DNA of 62,838 bases, the filler included, from Circinaria calcarea (taxonomy: Eukaryota), in the NCBI GenBank assembly GCA_051942165.1. It is 43 parts of 43 records of this genome, joined end to end, with 100 filler letters (N's around TTAATTAATTAA, not from the genome) between each part and the next. Parts side by side here need not be neighbours in the genome. Positions count along the whole stretch, not along the records: positions 11,789 to 13,159 come from JAVECS010004814.1; positions 13,260 to 14,630 come from JAVECS010004815.1; positions 14,731 to 16,100 come from JAVECS010004816.1; positions 16,201 to 17,570 come from JAVECS010004817.1; positions 17,671 to 19,039 come from JAVECS010004818.1; positions 19,140 to 20,507 come from JAVECS010004819.1; positions 20,608 to 21,974 come from JAVECS010004820.1; positions 22,075 to 23,441 come from JAVECS010004821.1; 35 more parts are not named here. One strand, written 5' to 3'. The translations under genes and the position numbers were made by a program. Position 1 is the first letter of the stretch. Each line of letters begins with the position of its first letter. The notes under the pieces were generated by a model, which saw nothing but the letters and a program-made list of their open reading frames with translations, had not been told where the DNA came from and did no database searches. Positions 12,129 to 25,371 of this stretch are shown in pieces.

Positions 12129-13259
12129 GAGATTACGGGCAGGGGATATATACATACAAGACATGTTTGAACGGCAATATAGTGATGACGAGGGCAACTC
12201 ATCCTAACGAGCAGATACTACCAGGTGTACCAGGAGAAACTTTACAGGTGCATAAGGGGTTATTGAAATTTACCATCTCCCCTCGACTTTATTTTGCATA
12301 GGATAGGGATCCGGAGTCTACTAAACAGTGCCTGGGAGTTGTCGTAACCACAGATTGAATTTGCATTGGATTCGAGGGATGCAATTTGGATTCTGCATTG
12401 TTTACAACCGATATCTCTCGAGATGCTTCTAATTTTTTTCCTTCCCCGATCTTCCACATTAAATACTGCAAATTTGCTATGTTACTTCTCCTCTGTATAT
12501 ACCGTGCCCACCAAACAACTTGAAACCTCCCCCATCTCATTTTCTGCCCCTAGTCTAGGGAAAGAAAAGTCTTGGAGGGCATCCCTCCGACTGGGGAGAA
12601 AGAAGGAGTTTTTGGAAGTGATGTTAATTGTGATTTATAGACTAGATAAAGTCGGGCTCAGCCATAAAATGAAACAAACGAAAAAAGCCTTTAAAAGTCC
12701 CTCTTGTCCCCCCTTTCTCCTTTCTCCTTTTTTCCCATCAAATCCAATCCAATCCAATCCAATCCGAACCCACCATTCTCCCTTTCTCCCTTTCTCGTTT
12801 TCTTGTTTTCTCGACCCGACGTCCTTGTCTTTTTAACGTGCGCGCCAGCGAACGAAAGAGCCACGTATGGATAAGTGGATGGATGGATAAATTACCCCCA
12901 TGTCCATGTCCGTATCTCTGGTCTTGTCTGGTTCTGGTTCTGGTGTTGGTTCTGGTTCTGGGTCCGATTGGGAAGTCCAACGGGGGGGATTTCAAATTAC
13001 CCCCCAACCCCCCCCTTCGAGGGCCTTGAGGGCCTAGAAGCCTAGAGGTCTAAAGGTCTAGAAGCCTAGAAGCCTGGGAGGGAGGGAGGGAGGGATTTGC
13101 CCAATTCAAATTCAAATCAAATTCAAATTCCCTGGTTACTTGCGGGGAAAGGGAGGGACNNNNNNNNNNNNNNNNNNNNNNNNNNNNNNNNNNNNNNNNN
13201 NNNTTAATTAATTAANNNNNNNNNNNNNNNNNNNNNNNNNNNNNNNNNNNNNNNNNNNN

Positions 13260-13668
13260 GCGAGATAATTGCAGCCGGCTACGTATGAAACGATCTCTCT
13301 GTGTGTTTACTCAGCTGATCAGACAGGACTGCGAGGCCTACAGACTGCGAGGTAGCGAACAGGGCTGGGAGATTGTCGGATCGATGGAATCTAAAGGGAG
13401 ACCAGGGATGGGGGATCAACGGGAAGAATCTGCTCTGAATATGTTTCGACAAATGGATTTGAAAGGCAAAGCCAAGGATGACACACAGCTGAAGACTGTA
13501 CATCAAAATACTATTGCTACCATCAGAGTGTATGATGAGGCTGGTGGGTCTCTCAAGAAATTTAGCAGTAAGTCTCTTGCTGGATATACAGGCAAAGGTA
13601 TGCGCGACAGTATCTAACTTTGCATAGCAAGCGGCGTTGACGGACGTGTGGTTGTCTGGCACACTTGA
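13260..13668 (+). CDS. ARC40: Arp2/3 complex 41-kDa WD40 subunit, C-terminus (introns 13283-13326, 13568-13627)
   Basis: IIAAGY/DCEAY...ESALNMFRQMDLKG...TVHQNTI...FS/TSGVDGRVVVW. Confidence 0.93.
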
Positions 13669-14021
13669 AAGGTTCTGGCTAAGACCTGACAACTCAAAAT
13701 GAAACATGCTGCAATCATTGTATCACAGCCCTATATATTGGGCTGCTGTCTCCGTCTCACAATACCGTCTCGTCTAGCAGTGGCGGCTATGCCGGTCCCA
13801 CCTGTTTCATTATAGTTATTCGCACAAAGGACATAAGTCTAGTAAGCAACATTCCAGAAGCCAGGAGTAAAATCTATCATCTCTCGCTAAGATATAACTT
13901 GTTGATCTTGTTCCTTTGTTACACGTCATATAAGGATCTCAACTTCTCTCCTCCACCATGTTCCCTTCCCACTTGGTTAAATATCTGCTGTAGCTGTCTC
14001 CATCTTACCTGCTTCAGTGCA

Positions 14022-14630
14022 ATGGCGTACGTTCAACCAGCCGACCACTTCGGTAACTCGGAGCATTCTGAGGGTCAGGATATGAATTCAGGGCGCCGTC
14101 CGACTGCCATTTTTACCACATTCTCATACCCAGCCACCGACGCTCATACAAGAAGCGATGAGCGAATACACCATGCCAGAGCCGAAACTAGGCAGCCATC
14201 CATGAAATCGACTGAGCCATCTTACAAAAGCAATCACATCCCTTACGGACAATCAACTGGGTTAAGGGGGAATCGAATACCATCCATAGCCATCTCACCG
14301 AAGAGTTCTTCAGGTGGTGGTCCAGTCCGAAGAGGCGGGATCGGTGAACCATTCATGAGCTGTACGGATTCAAACATCGATACGGAGCAAGAAGAGCCCC
14401 CCAAGCATCAAACTCATGATTCGCGGTATCTCCAACCTACTGCTGAAGACCCTACACCAACATCTGCCTCATGGGCAAGCCAAGAAACTCCACGCCCAAC
14501 AGCTTCACAGCAGAACAATCAAGCTAACATGCCCGGCGAGTTCGCACCCTTCGGGCCTAGCTTGAATCGCCAGTATACCCCTAATGCCAGGGATGTATTA
14601 AACCGTCAACAAGAGCTTTTTGAGGGTCTT
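14022..14630 (+). CDS. N-terminal low-complexity region of a hypothetical protein
   Basis: ATG at 14022 (MAYVQPADHFG...), open to contig end; S/P/Q-rich. Confidence 0.5.
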
Positions 14631-14761
14631 NNNNNNNNNNNNNNNNNNNNNNNNNNNNNNNNNNNNNNNNNNNNTTAATTAATTAANNNNNNNNNNNNNN
14701 NNNNNNNNNNNNNNNNNNNNNNNNNNNNNNGGGGGGGAGAGGGTGGTTGGAATTGACATAC

Positions 14762-14809
14762 GTGACCGCGGTTCAGACCGAGCGCGAGACCGCTTCGCTC
14801 TTTCGCCAT
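14762..14809 (-). CDS. RPL36: 60S ribosomal protein L36, first exon; not in ORF track
   Basis: MAKERSGLALGLNRGH followed by GTATGT donor at 14761; matches fungal eL36 N-terminus (GxxxGLNxGH). Confidence 0.88.
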
Positions 14810-16200
14810 GGTGTGTGAGGATGGGCGGATGTCAAAAATGTCGACTGTCGTTTGGACTTCTTTGGGCTGGGTGGGAATTGAGGTTTTGGAGGATGGGAAA
14901 TTGGCGGTGGGATTATGTAAGCTGCGGGTTTAGCGCCGTGATGATTTAGCGAGTTGGGGAAACCCTACGAGATTTTGGTTAAAGGGTGGGCTGGTTTGTG
15001 TCTTCAGTGTCAAGTGTTGAAGCCCCAATGTTTCATTATTAAATATGACTCCTGTGTCCGTTAGATGATACGTTATAGACTTGTATGTACCCCCTCGGCT
15101 TTGTGCAATAAATGCTCCACTAGAATTGCAGATATTGATTCATAGATGCCCGCCTCAAAATCCGTCCATACATAGAACTCAGTAGGGGTAAACATGCACT
15201 GCTGTAGATTTTTAACCTATAGCTAAGGCTCCGAGGAATTTACTATAGGTTCCATGCTAGTATCTAATGCCATACATTAAGCCGAACAGGGAAGATGAAC
15301 AATATTAGACCTAACGGTTACAAGCAATATTGAACGATATTTACAGGTATCTATGTCTGGTAGTAGAGAACGTTTGAAAGTTGACAGGATAGCCCAGAGA
15401 ATACTTTTCGCAACGTTACATGCCAGTCTGGTCAGGAAACCCCAGATCACAAAGCACCATTGGATAGCTGAATTCAAATGACTAAAGTTGTCACTGGCAA
15501 TCCGTCGGTACCTGATTCAGAAATGCACCTTCCGTAGAGCATAGTAATAATTCAGTGTATCATCCTAAGGGCGTTGTGCAGCATTAGCTTCAATAGCCAT
15601 CATAACGTGGACTATCATGGAGAAGTGGAAAGCATAAATAATCTCAAAGAAAAAGGGTTGCAATACCGTGTTCTTTACCCAACCAAATCGCTGCAATGTA
15701 GCTCAGGTATACAGAAGTCACAAAAAGGCAATTCGACCTATTGGGGTATTCTTAGAAGCAAACTAACCTTGAGGTGAGTAAACTATGATAGTAAGTGCGG
15801 ACAGAGATTAGTATATATAGCAATGTTTTGTAGCAATGTCTTAGAGTGCCGAGTCCAGGCCAAGCAACTCAATACGAAGTAAGCCCCGTATTATAGACAG
15901 ATCATGCCAATCCCTAAGTCCTTACTGGAATACATGTCAACGGGGGCAAGAGAGCCAAGATCGACACACTCACGAGAGGTTTAGCGAGCTTCCCAATATC
16001 TTCAGAACGGCCGGCAAGGGTCACTGAAAACTCCCTACTGGCGTCCATGTAGGCTTTTTCTAACTTGGCAAGGCGAGTAATGATCTTCTCTTCTATCAAT
16101 NNNNNNNNNNNNNNNNNNNNNNNNNNNNNNNNNNNNNNNNNNNNTTAATTAATTAANNNNNNNNNNNNNNNNNNNNNNNNNNNNNNNNNNNNNNNNNNNN

Positions 16201-17570
16201 TCCCCACGCTTCTGCAACCCCCAGCGCGCCCCTTCCTCTTCCTTCTGTCCGCGTTTCTACCCTCCAACGAAAAACAAAATCACATTCCACACCAACGCTT
16301 ATATACTTACAAACGTTCCCTGACCCGAAGCCTTCTCCCCCTCCGCCTGTTTCTTCTCCGCCGCCATACGGCCCTGTGCGTACAACCGATCGATTTCTTC
16401 ACTGCTTTTCGGGCAGATGGTGTCGCAGAAGTGGTCCCAAAACGTGAGATAGAGTTGGGAATAATTGCTCTATTGCAGTTCCCTCGCCCCAAACACTCTC
16501 CCAGGAGGGCGGTGGGGGATGGAGAAGTTAGCGGGGCCTTATTCCCTTTGATGGGAAAGGGGGTCGTCGGGTTTGATCGCTTCACAGTTGACTGGGTTGC
16601 GGAAACAAAGAACGAGTGAAATGAATCAACTGACCTTGATTCCCCAGCTTTGATGATGCACGTCGTGAAAAGCCGTGTTTTGCTCACCCAGCCACTGCAA
16701 GGGGTCCCACGGCATGCGATACCCGCAGTGGTCGTCGACGCCCTTCATGACGGAAATGGTGGAGAACCAGATAATTTGACGGGTGGAAAGGCCGGAGAGC
16801 ATCAGAGAGAGGGTGGTGCCGATGGTGTCAAGAATGAACGCTTCGGTAAGGGTGTTGTAAAAGGCACCAAAGGCGTAGGGCACATAGATACGGTGGTGGT
16901 GGGCGTGGATGTTGCCTATCGGGAAATAGCCGCCAAAATCAGTCAGAAAGAGAGGGAAAAGGCTTTCGGTCTGAGACCTGGCGGTACTTGAACACTCGAG
17001 AAGGGGAGAAGGAGTAAAGCGGAAGAAGTCCTTACGATACATCCATTGGTTGGCATGCATGGCACGATGCCAGAAGTACTGCCAACTATCGCTGAAGAAA
17101 ATAGCAATACCAAAGCGGGCTGCCGGATCGAGGACCCAAAAAATAGCTTTGGCCATCCAGATCTCCCAGGCCGAAAAAGGGGCATGGCTGATCATCATCC
17201 CGGAGTGATACCCACGCAAGATCAGGCTTAAAGACGGCGAGTGTCCCTCCAGCTGCTGTCCCAGAGTCTTTGTATCGATTCCTAGCACGCTAAGAATGGC
17301 TGGAACTGCCTGCTGGGCTCGACGGATTCGGACCGTCCAGACAGCGATATCGTACTCCTCCTTGCCGTACACGTCACCCGTGCCGAAGAAATGCCCAAGC
17401 ACGAGACCGAAACATGTTTGAATTATCTGCTGGAGCACCACGGCCCGGAACACTTGCCCTGCGGAGACACGGTTTCGTTGTTTGAACTCTGCAGGCGTGT
17501 GGAGTCGGTACTGGGAGAAGTAGTCCTTCTTGTCGATGAACCAGTAGATCAGGGAGATGGTCCAGTACGC
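16201..17570 (-). CDS. SUR2: Sphinganine C4-hydroxylase (fatty acid hydroxylase superfamily), partial; introns 17035-16916, 16634-16470
   Basis: QYRLHTPAEF..RN, DSWQYFWHRAMH, HAHHHRIYVPYAFGAFYN, DDHCGY, HDVHHQSWGIK/SNYSQ...FWD histidine boxes. Confidence 0.9.
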
Positions 17571-17670
17571 NNNNNNNNNNNNNNNNNNNNNNNNNNNNNN
17601 NNNNNNNNNNNNNNTTAATTAATTAANNNNNNNNNNNNNNNNNNNNNNNNNNNNNNNNNNNNNNNNNNNN

Positions 17671-19039
17671 GCGGAGAAGTGGAGGGGGGAATCTGCCAGG
17701 GGGGAGGCAGGAGAAACGAACCAGGACGACGTTTTTGGCGAGGAAAGGTGGGTTGCCTTTTACGGCTGTGGGGAAGTTGATCATGGCTTGGGGATAACGT
17801 CGGATGAGGCGGGTGAAAGAATTGCCGAGATATCCCTTGATGGGCCCGTAGATGTATTCTGCGCTCTTGAACTTGGTCTTGCCGTCGCTGTCACGTTCCG
17901 AGTCGTCAGTAAAGTCGAAGCTGGATACGGTACCTTTCAGATACGTGTAGAAGACCTTCAAAGTGGTGGAAGCGCGGAGATTCGTTCCCGCATAGGGGAT
18001 GTGGTTTGGGAAAAACTATGGGAAGCCTCTGTTAGAGACAGATATGACGTGGGAAGTACTCGGATGGGATCTATACCTGTTTGGCGACATCATATCCCAG
18101 GCCAATGGTCCCACCGCCGTTCCCTGTCACGTCGATGATGACTTGCGTGATACCCTGGGCTTTGAACAGTGCAATGGAATCTTTTACCAGCTTTGTGAAC
18201 TCTTGTTCTACATTCGTACTGGTCAAAGGCTTGTTCTGGTTCGTCAACACACCTGCTTTTACTTCTGCGGTAGTTTTAGAACTGAAGCTATGGATAGCAA
18301 GAACACCGAAGCTTTTCTTTTTGGGCATTGGAATGATGTACGTCGACGCAAGCGCTGAGAGCTCCGTCCTAAGGACACGAAAGTTCTGCGAGTAGGCCTC
18401 CATCGTGGGCACTTTGGGTATAGATAATTTGGGTGCAGGTTTTCCAGTAAGCGAGAAGCTCGTTGAAGTGGGACTTGTGCTTTCTGAAGTCGTAGTGGCA
18501 TTGGGTGAGAAGGGATTGTAAGAGAAGGGCTCGATAGGCAAGAGTTGAGGCTCTTCTTCGGCCATCCCTTCGTCTCGCTTCTTTGAGGCCGTTGGTAGGA
18601 TACATTCTTGCCGGTAAAGGTCTTCTGAGAAGGTTACCGCCTTCTTCAACTTCGCAGAAGCTGTCCATTTTATAGTCTCAGAGGTCCCATCGTCGTATGT
18701 AATTGCAAAGAAACTTCCCTGATAGGTGCGGCTAGAAGCAAAGTTGCCCGGGTAATAGTTTCCAAACTGTCGATTGTGCATTAGATTGTTCCATCGTACA
18801 TCTGGATCGTGATAGCTGCCATCCTCCCGATCTGCGTAGGCTCTGAGGAAAGTTTGTACAGGCAACTTATTGACCAGGGTGACAGCTCTCGGTAGGGGAT
18901 CTGTCGCGGTTGTTTTGACCACGTCTTTCATGTTGTAGACCTTCGGCCTTCCATCGGGATTGTCGGCAAAAGATACCAGCCTAAGACCATGCTGGAATAG
19001 AAACAGCCCGCCTAGGCAGTACGGATGAAACCACCTTCA
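17671..19039 (-). CDS. Fungal peptidase S41 (CPAF-like) protein, internal fragment
   Basis: YHDPDVRWN, GVLAIHSF and VIIDVTGNGGG motif, followed by an intron and a continuing frame. Confidence 0.8.
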
Positions 19040-20607
19040 NNNNNNNNNNNNNNNNNNNNNNNNNNNNNNNNNNNNNNNNNNNNTTAATTAATTAANNNNN
19101 NNNNNNNNNNNNNNNNNNNNNNNNNNNNNNNNNNNNNNNCACATTTATCGAACGGAACAAGCTCGGTCCCGCGTCTGTCAGTCCGCCGTCTGATGTGGTG
19201 TCGGTCGGACCAGGAGTGGCCGTATTCCTTCGACAATGTGAGTGAATGATGACTAGTGACCTTTGACTCCAGGTTTGCTATACAAGTGTACTGATTTTTC
19301 GCTGCTGTAGCCACCTGTGCCGTTTCCATTTCCGCCACTGCATCCATTGTACTTCATTGGGGCCAGATACGAGCCGCGGTGTCTACGCTCATTGATAGCT
19401 GCGTCCACAGTCCCTTGGGACCGGCGCAAGGGGGTCGGGCTTACTACGGCGTTGCAGGCCCACCCGCGCGCGGGATCAAGAGAAGAGGTCGACCCGCTGG
19501 TACGGATGTTCTGCCGCCGCATGTGAATATCACAATATTCCAGCAGCAGGAACCATGGACAAATCCAGCAGACGAGTCGAGATCTTGTACTTGGAAGGCA
19601 GTGCAGGATCGGCGTCCGATTTCGGTCTGCAGTGCCCCGTAGATCCCGGTGGTATGGTTAGCTCTGGGCCAGAAATCCTCCGCAGCTGATGCAGAAGGGG
19701 CTTGGATCCCGTCGAGGAATGGACATTTCCTCGAGTCCTAAATCGTACAAGTCCGCCATGATCTACTTTTTGCCTGTTTGCACGAATCGCACGGGACTAC
19801 TATTCTACACGCTCTAATCACCTTGCAACCGTAGCACTATTTCCACATTCTCAAACCTTTCCTGCTGAATTCCACTAGATTATCTGTGCCTCATTGTACA
19901 GTTAGTTTCATCCCAAAGTTTCCAAACCCCTACCGTAAAAATCCAAACCCCCCACATACTAAACAAGCCATCAGATCTTATACTCTCCCCCTTCTCTGTG
20001 ACGGAAAAAAAAAGGCAGACTTCTTTCCCGGAAGGAAGCACGGCAAGCCAGTGTTTGGGATGGGATGGGATGGGGAGTCCCTGCATCATGGAAGGAAGGA
20101 AGGTGGGAGACTCTCGAACCTCAGACTTTAAAGGATTGAGTCGATTGACTGTCACACTGAATCTGAATCTGAATCTGAATCTGAATGAGGGAGGGGAGTT
20201 TAACCTTTTTGCCATGAAACAGTAAACAGAAAACAGAAAACAGAAAACAAGAAACAAGAAACAAGAAACAGAAAAGGAAAGAAGCTACCCATGTTATTCA
20301 AAACCCCCCATCCTAGGTTCCAGCTCCAGCTCTCGCTCTAGCTCTAGCTCTAGCTCAAGTTCCGGGCTCGAGTTTACGACGGAAGAAAGTTTGCTGGTGT
20401 TGAAGCTGGCGCTGGCGCTGGTGCTGGTGCTGGTGCTATGGTAAAGGGCGAAGGTAAAGGTAATGCTGGTGTGCCAAGGGCTGTCACGGGAAAGGAGGAG
20501 GTGGAGGNNNNNNNNNNNNNNNNNNNNNNNNNNNNNNNNNNNNNNNNNNNNTTAATTAATTAANNNNNNNNNNNNNNNNNNNNNNNNNNNNNNNNNNNNN
20601 NNNNNNN

Positions 20608-20790
20608 TTATTATATTTTTTAATAAGTTTTAAAAATTATAATATTTTTATATAATTAAATTTAATTATTAATTATTAATTAATATTTTTAAATAATTAT
20701 TAAATAATTATAACCGAGCTAAAAAACCGTAATAGGCTGCCTCTATTATTAAGTTTTATTTAATTATTTTTATTTTTTATATTTTTTTTC
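20608..20790. repeat. Extremely AT-rich RIP-like relic at contig edge
   Basis: Near-pure A/T sequence with residual CCG. Confidence 0.55.
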
Positions 20791-22074
20791 TATTTCCTTT
20801 ATATTCTTTTCTTATTCCCTCGTGTTCCTTTTCTGCTTTCTCGCTGCTCCTTTTTAAAACGATTTTATTCCCTTTCCATACTGAAAACGGATCGGGCTCA
20901 CTCCCATCTCTGGGAATATATAATATATATATATATATTATTTTGGGACAAACGAACATCCACCTTCCCCAATCCAACCAACAGACTCCTGAGAAACTGG
21001 GCATCACCCGTTCGTCCCCCTTCTGCCATTATTATTGCATAGAGCTTCAGATTAGCTGATGAGATGTTTTTGTCCCCTTTTTTCTTTTTTTTGGGTTGGG
21101 GGCAGGTTGGGGGGGGGATTTGGACTCATCGCGGATACCATATTGGGCTTTTGAATTACCAACATGAAAACAGTTTGTTTCGCGCCGATTATGCTCCTTT
21201 GAAAACACCGCCCTGATCCTGATCCTGACCCTGATCGGTGAGGTTTTCGATTTTCTTAGAGTAGGTTCATGCAAGCGCAGGCACCCCCTTTGGTCCCTCG
21301 CACCCAGTTTCTCCATTTCCCATTTCTTCACAGCCTGGTAGACTGGGCGGTTGGGTTTGGCGGATTATATGTTTTGCTCTTTCCCTTCTCTACGTTTTCC
21401 GTACAATTTCTTGCGATTTTATACATCTTTATCCGCCCCCCTTGTCCAATTCTTTCTCTTCCTAAAACCTAAAATCTACCCCAATCACCCATTCACTAGA
21501 CAACCCACTCCCCTTTTTCTTATCATGGATACCGCCTCATCCTATCCAGTTGTTTTCTAAATTATTAATTGCTTATTCTTATCCTTATTTTTTTTTTTTA
21601 AAAAAAAAAGAAAAAAAGAAATACCAGCAATCTATCTTTTCTTTTCTGTTCTTCTCTTCTTTCTTCCTGGCTTTGTTTCCCTTCCTCTCCTGGATATTTA
21701 TGTGAACGGCTGAAATCGACGCGTGAGGTGTGAGGCGTGAGTGGGGAGTAGAGTTCTTTTAGGAAACGTAATAGCATGGGATAGAGTAATACTGGAAAGT
21801 GGGAGAAGGGAGATGAGAGAGTTGGAAGTTGAGGGTTTAAGGTGGTGGGGCCTAGAACCTAGGGGTTGGTTTTATGTTTGAGGGTTCGGGGATGGGATGG
21901 GTTGGGTTAGTAAGTGAGAGGGTGGATTGATGACGACCAGGTTTGAGGTGGGTAGGGTTCAGGAAATCGAGATANNNNNNNNNNNNNNNNNNNNNNNNNN
22001 NNNNNNNNNNNNNNNNNNTTAATTAATTAANNNNNNNNNNNNNNNNNNNNNNNNNNNNNNNNNNNNNNNNNNNN

Positions 22075-22425
22075 AAGCTAGGGCTGATGATGGACAAAGA
22101 AGCCTATCCAAAAGGGTTTAAAAATTCTGCCAAAGGCGCAGAACCAGCTACTGAACGGATGTTCCAAGATGCATTTTCGAAAGCCTACGCGGAGGCTGCG
22201 TCCGGAACTGTTTATGTTCTTGTGCCGAAGGCTGGTCCTAACCCACAGCGAGTGTTTGTGTCTGTGGAGTGGCCGGCTTTGAGGGCTAATAAGGCTATTA
22301 CGCAGATTTTGGGAATTGACGAGGCTACCGGGAAGGTTACTGGACCTTTCAAACCTAATTGGAAGACGAGCAAGTTAAGGAGGAGTGACAGGGTGGATTC
22401 GGAGAAGAGACATTGGGATTACTAG
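22075..22425 (+). CDS. C-terminal part of a putative ADP-ribosyl cyclase/NADase-like (Tox-ARC-like) protein
   Basis: FQDAFSKAYAEAASGTVYVLV...VFVSVEWPAL resembles CD38 [21 protein letters not shown]...TFGSVEVHNL; frame open from contig start. Confidence 0.6.
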   Translation, partial: KLGLMMDKEAYPKGFKNSAKGAEPATERMFQDAFSKAYAEAASGTVYVLVPKAGPNPQRVFVSVEWPALRANKAITQILGIDEATGKVTGPFKPNWKTSKLRRSDRVDSEKRHWDY

Positions 22426-23070
22426 GGCCTGTATCATCATTGGCCCTCCTGAGAACCAGCTTTTCTTTTCTTGCCTTTTCCCCCTCCCCTGACAGAGTGT
22501 CTTCCGTCGTGGTATCGTCTGCTGTAGTATCATACCAGGATCGCTATGAGCTTCAGCATTCATCTGACCATCCCCCAGATTTACCTCAAAGTCCAAGTCC
22601 ACTCCAGTATGGCCTTCATCATCACTATCATCAGATTCCGAGCATTGACTCTCATCTGGGCAAAGATATTCCAACATCTCCCTTCGTATAAAGCCAGCAG
22701 GGCATTTCATTGCATCGCATTCACGATAGTCATCGATGCTCCAAGTCGAGCAAGCACAGTTCACAGCCTCTGCTTTAATACAGTTGCTAGCAAATTCTTG
22801 GTGATATACCTGTGAGAATGTAACAACCGCTTCGCCGGCTTGTTGATGGAATGTTGTATTAGAGACATTCCATGCTTCCAGAGTGAACTTCAGGATATAT
22901 GTAGGAGATTGCTTCATGAATTGTGTACAGTCAGCCGGATAGCGTGGTTTATTTGATTCTTTGGCCTTAGTTTCAAGAAGTCCGGCGTCCTTGCGTGGAA
23001 CGACTGTCCGGTACTTGTCTTCTTTGTAAAGATAATTTACCGAGAGCAAGTTCCAGTCCTCCTGGTGCAT
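22375..23070 (-). CDS. Hypothetical 231-aa ORF convergent with the ARC-like gene
   Basis: ATG-initiated long ORF with Cys cluster and acidic patch; no recognised domain. Confidence 0.3.
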   Translation of the reverse strand: MHQEDWNLLSVNYLYKEDKYRTVVPRKDAGLLETKAKESNKPRYPADCTQFMKQSPTYILKFTLEAWNVSNTTFHQQAGEAVVTFSQVYHQEFASNCIKAEAVNCACSTWSIDDYRECDAMKCPAGFIRREMLEYLCPDESQCSESDDSDDEGHTGVDLDFEVNLGDGQMNAEAHSDPGMILQQTIPRRKTLCQGRGKRQEKKSWFSGGPMMIQALVIPMSLLRIHPVTPP

Positions 23071-23541
23071 AGCAAATGGAGCGCCTCAACGTCGAAAACG
23101 TAGGCAGAGATAGGAGAACCATAAGTATTTCCCTTCCCTTCTCCCTTCATGAAAATTTCCCTTCCTTCCCCCCTTGACAGAAATCCGATCCGAACAGGGA
23201 AAAGAACCTACAAATCCCCACGCCTGGAATCCTCGTAGTATACGTGCGCATTTTCAATTCTCCAGCAAGCGAAGCGAAGCGAGAATCTCACACCGCGTAG
23301 AAGGCAGGCAGGGAAAATGTCCATCCGCTACTTTGGCACCTGAGCACCTCGTTCCGGAGTTATAAACACATGGAGCTCCAGCTAAGATTAAGAAAAAGAA
23401 GTATATGTACCCTTTGCCCCTTTCCCCTTTCCCCCTTCTCCNNNNNNNNNNNNNNNNNNNNNNNNNNNNNNNNNNNNNNNNNNNNTTAATTAATTAANNN
23501 NNNNNNNNNNNNNNNNNNNNNNNNNNNNNNNNNNNNNNNNN

Positions 23542-24907
23542 GCGCACTCTGGCTTCAACTACCATCTCATCTCGGTCTTTGGTTCTCAGTCGACGGGAAA
23601 GTCGACCCTCCTCAACCAACTTTTCGGTACCGACTTCGGGGTGATGGCCGAGTCCGACAGGCGGCAGACTACAAAGGGAATATGGATGTCGAAGAACAAG
23701 AGGACCGAAGAGGGAGGGACGAAAATGGCGGACAATATACTTGTCATGGATGTAGAAGGAACCGACGGTAGGGAAAGGGGAGAAGATCAAGACTTCGAAC
23801 GGAAAAGCGCTCTATTCGCTTTGGCGACCAGCGAGGTACTTATTGTCAACATTTGGGAACATCAGGTTGGGTTATATCAGGGAGCGAATATGGGATTACT
23901 CAAGGTTGTGTTCGAAGTCAACCTCGAACTATTCCTCAAGGATAAGGACAAAAAGTCAGTATGCAACAGAGATTATAAAGCTCAACTAACTCAATAGGTC
24001 AAATCCTCGATCATTACTCTTCTTCGTCATTCGAGACCACCTTGGAACCACCCCACTAGCGAACCTTCAAAATACCCTAGCTCAAGATTTAAGTCGCATA
24101 TGGTCTGGACTATCGAAACCGGCAGGGATGGAAAAGTCTAAGATTGATGATTACTTTGATTTTGCATTCGCCGCACTACCGCACAAGATTTTACAACCTG
24201 AAAGATTTGTTGCGGAAGTAGGAAAGCTTGGCGCAAGGTTCCGTGAAGGCCATAGGGACCCTAGGAGAGATCCACTAAAAGGTGATCAAGAACCTGGCGG
24301 AGGCGTCTTTCTTCCCGAGTATCATAGACGGATACCCGCGGACGGATTTGCGTTATATGCAAAGGGGGTCTGGGAGCAAATCGTTAACAATAAGGACCTG
24401 GATTTGCCTACGCAACAAGAGTTACTAGCCCAATTCCGTTGTGATGAAATATCACGCGAGGTCTTAGTGGCTTTTGATGAGGCGATCTCCCCATTTGAAA
24501 GCAAGCAAGCCGAAGGTGTACGAACTGGCAGACCAGAAATTCTAGGAGGCCTTGGCGCGGTAATGCGTACAGCCCGAATGAAGGCTATTAAAGGCTTTGA
24601 AACCGAGGCTGGTAGATATCACAAGGGCGTTTACGCACGCAAGCGCGCCGAGTTAGAAAGCAAGATTGACACCAGACTAAAGGCACTTTTCTTAGGACAA
24701 TTATCCGCTGTCCACAAATCGGGGATAAAGAGTTTCAGCGAGGCCGTAAGCGCCGCGGTCAAAGCCGGTCAGAAGAAAGGAGCTAGTTATGATTTTGCCG
24801 ATATTGTAGGCCGTGTGAAAAAGATCGCTCTGGAGAGATACGAGAAGGAGGCCAAAGGTGTGCTAGTTGAAGGGGCTTCATGGAGCAACTACAAGCAAGA
24901 ACTCGCT
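23542..24907 (+). CDS. SEY1: ER-fusion dynamin-like GTPase (RHD3/atlastin family), partial; intron 23955-23997
   Basis: [68 protein letters not shown]. Confidence 0.97.
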
Positions 24908-25371
24908 NNNNNNNNNNNNNNNNNNNNNNNNNNNNNNNNNNNNNNNNNNNNTTAATTAATTAANNNNNNNNNNNNNNNNNNNNNNNNNNNNNNNNNNNNN
25001 NNNNNNNCAATACTTTATCAAGAAGGTCGTCAGCAAGACTGATGTGGCCGGTAGTAAGGCGGACGGAGCGACGGTGAAATGGGGTTGTAAAGTGATTGCT
25101 GATGCCCTGACTGCTTTAGCCTCGTCGAGAATAGCAGATGAATGATACTATTGAGTTTGCAACTCACTTCTAGAGATGAAATATTTCACTGGCTTACTGT
25201 AGTACTTTTCGACAGTTTGTAGACGTGCCTCTGAGATCGTTTAAAGGGACGCTAAGCCCGAACTGGAGATTTTGCTTGTAATTTGTATACCTCATCAGAC
25301 GTAGCATAGACGCTCCCACAATCCCATCTCTATTCCCTCATATTCTCCTTTTTTCCCCGGGTTTCCTAAAT

